A stretch of 64,000 bases of DNA, taken from assembly GCA_963717935.1 (NCBI GenBank), contig CAVQXP010000004.1, positions 384,001-448,000 of the forward strand, read 5' to 3'. Shown here piece after piece: positions 57,434-64,000 of this stretch (positions are counted from its first letter, which is position 1; the number at the start of each line of letters is the position of its first letter). The DNA is from Candidatus Eiseniibacteriota bacterium. GTDB taxonomy: Bacteria > Eisenbacteria > RBG-16-71-46. The notes under the pieces were generated by a model. That model saw nothing but the letters and a program-made list of their open reading frames with translations, made no database searches and was not told where the DNA came from. Made by a program: the position numbers and the translations under genes.

Positions 57434-58801
57434 TCATCCCTGAGCCCGGCCGATGCCCGCGCGCTGGCTCAACCCGCGCGCCTCCGTGCGCGCCTCTCGG
57501 ACCACGCGCTCCGGCTCCAACGTCGTCCAGGTCCCGCCACGATAGAGGATGCGTCCCGCCACCATGGTGAGCCGCACGTCGGTGGCCCGCGCGGCGTGCA
57601 CCAGCGTGGTGTAGGGATCGAGCGTCTCGTTCGGCGCCAGGTGCGGCGCCGCATGGTCCACCACGATCACGTCCGCCTGTTTGCCGGGCTCGAGCGAGCC
57701 GGTCACGGCGCCGAGCCCCAGCGCCCGCGCGCCCTCGCAGGTGGCGAGCGCCAGCACCTCGCGCGCGCTGAGATGCCCTCCGGGGCCCAGGGTGCGGGAG
57801 ATCAGCGCCGCGAGGCTCAACTCGTGGAAGGTGTCGAGCCGGTTGTCGCAGGCCGCCCCGTCCGAGCCGATGCCGCGCCGCAATCCTTCCTGGACCCAGC
57901 GCTTGACGTTGGCGAAGCCGGAGCCGAGCTTGAGGTTCGAGCCCGGACAGTGGACCAGTGCAGCGTCCGCGCGCTTGAGCAGCCCCAGCTCTTCGTCGTC
58001 CACCCACACGCCGTGCGCGCCGACGAAGCGCTCCGACAGCACGCCGCACTTCGCGAAGTAGCGCGCCGCACTGGTCGAGACCGCCGCCTCGACCTCGCGC
58101 GCCTCGGTCGGGCTCTCGGCGAGGTGGGTATGGACGAGCAGACCGCGCTCGGTGGCGGCCGCCGCCACGTCGCGCCACAGCCCGTCGCTGCACGAGAGGA
58201 TGAAGCGCGGCGCCAGCGAGACGTGCAGCCGCCCATCCGCCGCGCCGTCCCAGCGCCGGTGCAGCGAGAGCGCCGACTCCAGCGCCTGGGCCGTGCTCTC
58301 GCGCAGCCCGGGCGGCACGCCCACGCCGCGGTCCATGAGCGCCTTGCCGAAGACCGCGCGGATGCCGCTCTGCTCGAGCACCCCGGCGATCGCGTCGGTG
58401 TGGCCCACCGTGCCCATGTCGTTGATGCAGGTGACGCCGCCCGCGATCAACTCGACGAGCCCCAGCCGCGCCGAGGCCGCGATCGAGGCCTCGGTGTGGG
58501 CCGCCTCGAGCAGCCAGACGCTCTCGCGCAGCCAGCACAACAGGTCGCTCTGCTCGGCAAGGCCGCGGAAGAGGGTCTGGCAGAGGTGCAGGTGCCCGTG
58601 GACCAGGCCCGGCAGGACGAAGCCGCCCGAGGCGTCCACCGACTCGTCGGCACGGCCGCCGGGGAGCGCGGCCAGCGCCGCGGGCACGCCCGCGCCGAGC
58701 GCGACGATGAGCCCGTCGTGCACGAGCAGGTCGCCACGGACGACCGTGGCGGACGCGTCCATGCAGACGAGCGTGCCGGAATGAAAGAGGCAACTGCTCA
58801 G
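57434..58801 (-). CDS. 5'-deoxyadenosine / MTA-SAH deaminase-like amidohydrolase (probable CTG start)
   Basis: HGHLHLCQTLFRG, HTHLAES, AHGVW, HCPGSNLKLGSG, GSDG; in-frame LSSCLFHSGTLVC upstream of ATG 58762 with GGGAGG RBS. Confidence 0.85.
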   Translation of the reverse strand: MSSCLFHSGTLVCMDASATVVRGDLLVHDGLIVALGAGVPAALAALPGGRADESVDASGGFVLPGLVHGHLHLCQTLFRGLAEQSDLLCWLRESVWLLEAAHTEASIAASARLGLVELIAGGVTCINDMGTVGHTDAIAGVLEQSGIRAVFGKALMDRGVGVPPGLRESTAQALESALSLHRRWDGAADGRLHVSLAPRFILSCSDGLWRDVAAAATERGLLVHTHLAESPTEAREVEAAVSTSAARYFAKCGVLSERFVGAHGVWVDDEELGLLKRADAALVHCPGSNLKLGSGFANVKRWVQEGLRRGIGSDGAACDNRLDTFHELSLAALISRTLGPGGHLSAREVLALATCEGARALGLGAVTGSLEPGKQADVIVVDHAAPHLAPNETLDPYTTLVHAARATDVRLTMVAGRILYRGGTWTTLEPERVVREARTEARGLSQRAGIGRAQG

Positions 58802-58942
58802 GCGGGCGCCTCCCTGCGATGAGCATGGCCTCCGGCGTCCGTGCCGGAGTGGGACCGAAGGAACCCGCGCGCCGGGGAGCGCCCGTAGTGGGGGCGCCCG
58901 GCCCGGCGCGATCCACGTTCAGGACCCTTCGAATCTGACGAG

Positions 58943-58971
58943 ACGGTGGCACTCGGCCGGGGGTATGTCAA
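58943..58971 (-). promoter_or_regulatory. sigma70-like promoter of amidohydrolase pair
   Basis: TTGACA-N17-CACCGT with TG extension. Confidence 0.45.
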
Positions 58972-58997
58972 GAGCCAGAATCGGGCCGCCGGGAGGC

Positions 58998-59031
58998 CGG
59001 ACGCCCGGCTCCGTTTCGGGCCGGGCGTCCG
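58998..59031 (-). terminator. hairpin downstream of mscL
   Basis: CGGACGCCCGGC / GCCGGGCGTCCG stem; no clear U-tract. Confidence 0.5.
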
Positions 59032-59056
59032 CACTGCTCGGGGAATCGGCGAATCG

Positions 59057-59458
59057 CTACACGCCGCTCCCGCAGGCCCGGCACTTGGTCGCCGCGGCGG
59101 GGATCGTCTCCTTGCAGAACGGGCACTCCCTGGTCGGCGGCGCGGGCGGCGCCGGGGCGGGCTTCAGGAGCGCCTTCGTGATGAGGAACACGACCAGCGC
59201 GATGATGACGAAGTCGATGACGCTGCCGATGAAGGCGCCGTAGGTGATCTGCGCCGCCGGGGTGCCGTCGGCCCTGGTCTTCAGCACGATCGCGGCCTCG
59301 CGCCACGCGCCGCCGGGCACGAAGAGCCCGATGACGGGCATGAGGACGTCGCTCACCATGGAACTCACGACCTTGCCGACGGCCGCGCCGATGATCACGC
59401 CGACGGCCAGCGCGAGCGCGTTGGTCTTCAGCAGGAACTCCTTGAACTCCTTCAGCAT
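59057..59458 (-). CDS. mscL: large-conductance mechanosensitive channel with C-terminal Zn ribbon
   Basis: AAGGAGG RBS; MLKEFKEFL…N.LALAVGVIIGAA, YGAFI…DFVIIA; CPFC…CRAC. Confidence 0.92.
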   Translation of the reverse strand: MLKEFKEFLLKTNALALAVGVIIGAAVGKVVSSMVSDVLMPVIGLFVPGGAWREAAIVLKTRADGTPAAQITYGAFIGSVIDFVIIALVVFLITKALLKPAPAPPAPPTRECPFCKETIPAAATKCRACGSGV

Positions 59459-59623
59459 GTCGACCTCCTTGGGAAGTCGTTGGGGACAGCCGGTGCGTGG
59501 CGGCACGGAGTCGCCGCGGCGGCTTTCCAGGGGCTGCCGGGCCGGGAGTCGTCGTCCGTTCCGGCGGCGGCTGTACGCTATCATAGGCCGGCGACGGCGC
59601 ATCCCGGCAAGATCTAGCCCGCC

Positions 59624-59639
59624 TGGCACGAGCAATGCA
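59624..59639 (+). promoter_or_regulatory. sigma54 (-24/-12) promoter
   Basis: TGGCACG-agca-ATGCA about 100 nt upstream of 59743. Confidence 0.6.
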
Positions 59640-59742
59640 ATCCTGCGTGTGGCGTGTTCCGTAACCAGGACTGCGCCGCCCCGCCGGACGCCACCGGCGG
59701 GCCCCGGCGCGGGGGGCGGAGCAGCCTCGAGGGGTGGTTTCG

Positions 59743-61170
59743 ATGTCCATCAAGGGCGGACGGCTCGAGTTCCTGGCGCCGCACCTGCTGCGCAGCCAGA
59801 TCCTGCGGCCGGGCTTCGTGCGCCTGAGCCTCAGGCTCGGAGCCGCGCGGCGGATGCCGGCGTGGGCCCGGCTCCAGTTCGTCAACGCCGGCGTCTCCCC
59901 CGCGGACCTGGACCTGGTTCTCCGCCGGGTGACGAGCCTCGACTCCTGGGTCGAGGAATGGGAGCGCCTCGGCCGGATGCACGAGGCCAGGAGCCACGGC
60001 AGCCTCGCGATGGGCGACCGGGCCGGGGCCAGGGCGCAGCTGCTCGCTGCCGCCGCCGCGTTCAACTTCGCGCAGTACGTGCTGTTCGTCGACGTCGCCC
60101 GCAAGCGCGGGCTCCACGACGCGGGCACGCGCGCCTATGGCGCGGCCGCGCCGCTGCTCGATCCACCTGCCCGGCCCTTCGAGGTCGTCTACCGCCGGCG
60201 CGTGATGAAGGGCTGGCTGCGCGTGCCGCGCGAGACGGGGCCGGCGCCCCTGGTCGTGCTCTTCCACGGCACCAATGGCGTGAAGGAGGAGTTGCATGGC
60301 TGGAGCGAGGCGCTGCTCCAGCGCGGGCTCGCCACGCTCGCCTTCGACGGTCCGGGGCTGGGCCAGACCTTCCATCGCCTGTCGATGGTCGCCGAGCCCC
60401 GGCCGGTGTGGGACGCCGTCCGCCGGGCGATCGAGGCGGAGCCCGCGCTGGACCCCGAAGCGGTGGCGCTCTTCGGCACCAGCCTGGGGGGCTTCCTCGC
60501 CATCCGCATGGCCGCGCACGACCCGCGCGTGCGCGCGGTGGCGGCCGTGAGTCCGCCCTACTCCGTTGCGGTCTACTGGAACGTCACGCTCGCCGGCATG
60601 CGGCGTGAGCTGGCGGCCCTCTACGACGCGTCGGAGGACGAGATGGCGCGCGTGGTCGAGCGCCTGACGCTCGGCGGCGTGCTGCCCGCGCTGCGCACCC
60701 CCCTGTTCGTCGCGGGCGGAGGCCACGATCTGATCACGCCGGGCGAGGAGACCCGCCGCGTCTTCGACGAGGCCCGCTGTGAGCGACAGCTGGTCTACTA
60801 CCCCCGGGGCGCGCACGACTGCTTCAACGTGCTCGCCGACCTGCGCCCGCGCCTGGCCGGCTGGCTCGTGGACCGGCTCGCGCCGCACCGGAACGGACGC
60901 CCGCCGCGCCCGCGCGCCCGCATCGAGCCCGATGCCGGGGACGCGGCCGAGGCCGTGGACGACGACTTCGCCGCGGAGCTGCGGGGTGAGACCCGCCGGC
61001 TCGTCTGGAACCGTCCGACAGCGCTCTTCGAGCCCGTGCGCTGGGCCTGGTGGCCGCGCGCGGCGCACGATCACGTCGAGGTGATCTGCCGCGCCGCGAC
61101 GGGCCCGCAGCCGGGCGCCGGAACGCGCCGCGCTTCAGGCGCACGCCCCTCCGACCGATACCCCGGGTGA
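59743..61170 (+). CDS. alpha/beta hydrolase (FrsA / 2,6-dihydroxypseudooxynicotine hydrolase-like)
   Basis: FDGPGLG, GTSLGG nucleophile elbow, HDL, GAHDC. Confidence 0.85.
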   Translation: MSIKGGRLEFLAPHLLRSQILRPGFVRLSLRLGAARRMPAWARLQFVNAGVSPADLDLVLRRVTSLDSWVEEWERLGRMHEARSHGSLAMGDRAGARAQLLAAAAAFNFAQYVLFVDVARKRGLHDAGTRAYGAAAPLLDPPARPFEVVYRRRVMKGWLRVPRETGPAPLVVLFHGTNGVKEELHGWSEALLQRGLATLAFDGPGLGQTFHRLSMVAEPRPVWDAVRRAIEAEPALDPEAVALFGTSLGGFLAIRMAAHDPRVRAVAAVSPPYSVAVYWNVTLAGMRRELAALYDASEDEMARVVERLTLGGVLPALRTPLFVAGGGHDLITPGEETRRVFDEARCERQLVYYPRGAHDCFNVLADLRPRLAGWLVDRLAPHRNGRPPRPRARIEPDAGDAAEAVDDDFAAELRGETRRLVWNRPTALFEPVRWAWWPRAAHDHVEVICRAATGPQPGAGTRRASGARPSDRYPG

Positions 61171-61196
61171 TGGCAGCGCCCCGCGCCCCGGGTCCC

Positions 61197-61225
61197 TTGT
61201 AGACCGGGGGCGGCGCCTCTATCAT
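61197..61225 (+). promoter_or_regulatory. sigma70-like promoter of phosphorylase
   Basis: TTGTAG-N17-TATCAT. Confidence 0.5.
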
Positions 61226-61279
61226 CCGCCGCCTTGTCCTCCCTCGGGGACGTCCTCGGCTACGAGCACCGGAGCCTGC

Positions 61280-62908
61280 ATGCCGCGCACCCCGCACGTC
61301 GCCTATTTCTGCATGGAGTTCGGGCTGCACGAGTCCTTTCCCATCTACTCGGGGGGGCTCGGCATCCTGGCCGGCGACTTCATCAAATCGGCGGCGGACC
61401 TCAAGTTGCCGGTGATCGGCGTCGGGCTCCTGTGGGAGCACGGGTACTCGGTGCAGCGGGTCGGCCCCGACGGCCAGCCCCACGAGGAGTTCCCCCGCTA
61501 CGACTACTCCTTCCTGCGCGACACCGGCGTGCACGTGCGCGTCAACGTGCGCGGGACCGAGGTGCCCTGCAACGTCTGGGTGACCACGCGGTTCGGGCAC
61601 GTGCCCCTCTACCTGATCCAGCCCACGCGCCCCGCGGACCGCTGGATCACGCACCGGCTCTACGAGGCGGGCACCGACGTGCGCATCGCGCAGGAGATGC
61701 TGCTCGGCATCGGCGGGGCGCGCGCACTCACCTGGCTCGGGATCCCGGTGGCGATCCACCACTTCAACGAGGGCCATGCCGTGTTCGCCGGCGTCGAGAT
61801 GATCGCGTCGCGCATGGAGGGGGGGCTCACCCTCCCCGACGCCTGGGCGGCGACGCGGCGAGAGATCGTCTTCACCACCCACACCCCGGTGAAGGCGGGC
61901 AACGAGGAGCATTCGCTCCAGGATCTCCGCCGGCTGGGCGCGTGCCTGCAACTCTCCGGCGCCGAGATGCGCGCCATCGGCGGCGACCCGTTCAACATGA
62001 CGGTGGCGGGGCTGCGGCTCGCGCGCGCGGCCAACGCGGTCGCCACCCTGCACGGCGAGACGGCACGCATCATGTGGAAGCACATCACCGACGCGGCGCC
62101 CATCATCTCCGTCACGAACGGGGTGCACGTGCCCACCTGGCAATCACCGCTGGTGCGCGCGGCGGCCGACGACCCCGGACGGTTGTGGGATGCGCACGCG
62201 CTCCACCGGGGCGAGTTGCTGGCCGAGATCGAGCGGCGCAAGGGCCTGCAACTCGACCCCGACGGACTCATCATCGGTTTCGCGCGCCGGGCGGCGGGCT
62301 ACAAGCGGCCCGACCTGATCGTGCGGGACGAGAAGCGTCTCGAGGGCCTCCTGGCGCGCGGCGCGCACGTCGTGCTGGCGGGCAAGTCGCACCCCGACGA
62401 CAAGTTCGGCAAGACCCTCATCGCGCGCCTGGTCTCGGCCGAGCGCGCGCACCCGGGGCAGGTCGTCTACCTCGAGAACTACGACATGGCGCTGGGGCGG
62501 ATGCTCACGCGCGGCTGCGACGTGTGGCTCAACAACCCCATCCGCCCGCTCGAAGCGAGCGGCACCTCGGGCATGAAGGCCGCGATGAACGGCGTGCTCA
62601 ACCTGAGCATCCTCGACGGCTGGTGGCCCGAGGGCTGCGAGCACGGCGTGAACGGCTGGGCGATCGGCGACAGCAAGTCGGGCGACGACGCGAGGGACCT
62701 GGCCGCGCTCTACGCGGTGCTCGAGGGCGAGGTGTTGCCGGCCTGGGCCGACCGCGCCCGCTGGGTCGCCATGATGCAGGCCAGCATCGCGATGAGTGTG
62801 GAGAAGTTCTCCTCGGACCGCATGCTGCGCGACTACTTCGCGAAGCTCTACCCGGTGGGCGAGACCCGACCGGTCGAGATGCCCGGGGTGGCGCCCGCGA
62901 ACCGCTGA
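61280..62908 (+). CDS. glgP: alpha-glucan phosphorylase (short form)
   Basis: AYFCMEFG, YSGGLGILAGD, FNEGH, FARRAAGYKR, EASGTSGMK PLP lysine motif. Confidence 0.93.
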   Translation: MPRTPHVAYFCMEFGLHESFPIYSGGLGILAGDFIKSAADLKLPVIGVGLLWEHGYSVQRVGPDGQPHEEFPRYDYSFLRDTGVHVRVNVRGTEVPCNVWVTTRFGHVPLYLIQPTRPADRWITHRLYEAGTDVRIAQEMLLGIGGARALTWLGIPVAIHHFNEGHAVFAGVEMIASRMEGGLTLPDAWAATRREIVFTTHTPVKAGNEEHSLQDLRRLGACLQLSGAEMRAIGGDPFNMTVAGLRLARAANAVATLHGETARIMWKHITDAAPIISVTNGVHVPTWQSPLVRAAADDPGRLWDAHALHRGELLAEIERRKGLQLDPDGLIIGFARRAAGYKRPDLIVRDEKRLEGLLARGAHVVLAGKSHPDDKFGKTLIARLVSAERAHPGQVVYLENYDMALGRMLTRGCDVWLNNPIRPLEASGTSGMKAAMNGVLNLSILDGWWPEGCEHGVNGWAIGDSKSGDDARDLAALYAVLEGEVLPAWADRARWVAMMQASIAMSVEKFSSDRMLRDYFAKLYPVGETRPVEMPGVAPANR

Positions 62909-63011
62909 GACGCGGCCCCGGGACGAGGCGGCCGGCCCCGCGCGGGCGCCGGCGGGACCTCGTCCGTCTCGGGCTCAACGCGGCAGCCTGCCGGAGATGC
63001 CGGGCGAGACC

Positions 63012-63545
63012 CTACCCGTCCTGTCCCGGGGGGGCCTGGTTCTCCGGCCCGGGCTCCGGCGCGGCCTCCTCCGCCAGCACCGGCAGCCGAGTGAGCGTGG
63101 CGATGTAGTCGTCGGGCAGCTTGTGCGCACGCGCGCCCTTCAGCACCGCATCCATGTAACGACGCGTGGGCGGCGAGGGATTGGCGGTGTGCGCGAGGTA
63201 GGCCATCGCCTTCACGCGGCGCGGCACCGAGCCATCCTCGGGGTGCGTCAACTCGACCCAGACGGGCTCGCGCTCGTAGAGGTTGTGCGCGTCGCCGGGA
63301 CCGCGGAAGCCCTCGCAGCCGTCCAGCGCGCGCAGGTCCTCGTCGCCCAGCTCGTACAACATGCCCCAGACATCCTTGCCGTGCGACAGTTGCAGACTGG
63401 CCACGCCGCCACCCCAGGTCGTCGAGAAGATCGGGAAGATCAGCTTGTGATCGCGCAGCACCGCCATCCCGACCACCTTGTGCGCCGGGCAGCGGGCCTG
63501 CATCTGGTCTGGGTCCAGGTTCGACCCGAACGCGAAATAGAGCAT
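63012..63545 (-). CDS. gamma-glutamylcyclotransferase family protein
   Basis: GGAGG RBS; YFAFGSNL, VWGMLYEL, LDGCEG. Confidence 0.88.
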   Translation of the reverse strand: MLYFAFGSNLDPDQMQARCPAHKVVGMAVLRDHKLIFPIFSTTWGGGVASLQLSHGKDVWGMLYELGDEDLRALDGCEGFRGPGDAHNLYEREPVWVELTHPEDGSVPRRVKAMAYLAHTANPSPPTRRYMDAVLKGARAHKLPDDYIATLTRLPVLAEEAAPEPGPENQAPPGQDG

Positions 63546-63874
63546 CTGGCCTCCCAAATCTCGAGCCCGGGTCGAAAGACCCCCGGGCGCGTGTCCGGTC
63601 CAGCATAGTGCATGGGCGGCCGCAGCGACATCGGATTGTTGAGCAGGCTGACGGCTCTCGCCGGGCAGCGGAGGGCACACCGGCCACCGCGCCGCGCGGC
63701 GGGCCGGCGGGAGGCAGGTGGAACGCCGGAAGGCGACGCCCGCACCCGGCGGAGACAGGATGTCGGAGCCGGATCAGCGCGGAGGAGCGAGGGAGCGCCA
63801 TGGATTGGCGCGACCGAGCGCTCGCCCGGAGCGCGTTCCGCCTACCTCCCACCGGCCCGCCCCCCAAGCCGGGT

Positions 63875-63903
63875 TTGTCGCGCCCCCGGGCGGTGTCTAT
63901 CAT
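63875..63903 (+). promoter_or_regulatory. sigma70-like promoter
   Basis: TTGTCG-N17-TATCAT upstream of ATG 63982. Confidence 0.5.
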
Positions 63904-63981
63904 CCAGCCCCTCGGCGGCCCCACGTCCCGCGCCCCCCGGCACGGGAGCCGGCCCCGACCCCGACCCCGGAGAGAGACGCC

Positions 63982-64000
63982 ATGGCAGTGGACTTCCTCG
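63982..64000 (+). CDS. start of a gene running off the window (MAVDFL…)
   Basis: GGAGAG RBS-like sequence and upstream promoter; only 6 codons visible. Confidence 0.4.

Noticed and set aside
57408..58826. ATG 58826 (MLIAGRR…) as deaminase start with a frameshift
   Set aside because: RBS spacing only 2 nt and the frame is low-complexity shadow; the CTG-start model explains the N-terminus without a frameshift

Overview
Very GC-rich bacterial chromosomal DNA from a diderm organism (TolC, a porin, several beta-barrels, lipoproteins, DsbD). The gene style is reminiscent of FCB-group/Eisenbacteria-like or Acidobacteria-like lineages, but taxonomy is an inference only. About 52 real CDSs sit among many GC-driven shadow ORFs. 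Content: a Cys-rich GAF-HTH regulator without an AAA+ domain, preceded by a twin palindromic operator; FIST plus PAS hybrid kinase; tolC-emrA divergent from tldD-pmbA-emrB; Tat nitroreductase; Mut7-C; MBL hydrolase; GT2 plus WecA-like transferase; a coupled lipoprotein-Eis-Tat mini-subunit-amidase operon; PDZ aspartyl protease; ECF sigma/anti-sigma/dsbD divergent from two DUF6249-like paralogues via twin identical promoters; Mre11/Rad50-like (YhaO/YhaN) pair; S8 peptidase; nth-sppA-GT-C/TPR; Ser/Thr kinase plus FHA-GAF-PP2C; two amidohydrolases (one with a probable CTG start, one degenerate); mscL; alpha/beta hydrolase; glucan phosphorylase; GGCT. No rRNA, tRNA, CRISPR array, transposase or integrase was recognised. 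Best leads: the AAA-less enhancer-binding-protein derivative with its operator, the Tat-tagged amidase partner, the TldDE/efflux arrangement, the mirrored ECF promoters, and recurrent bridging mini-ORFs and leaderless genes. All family calls come from motif recognition by eye, not database searches.
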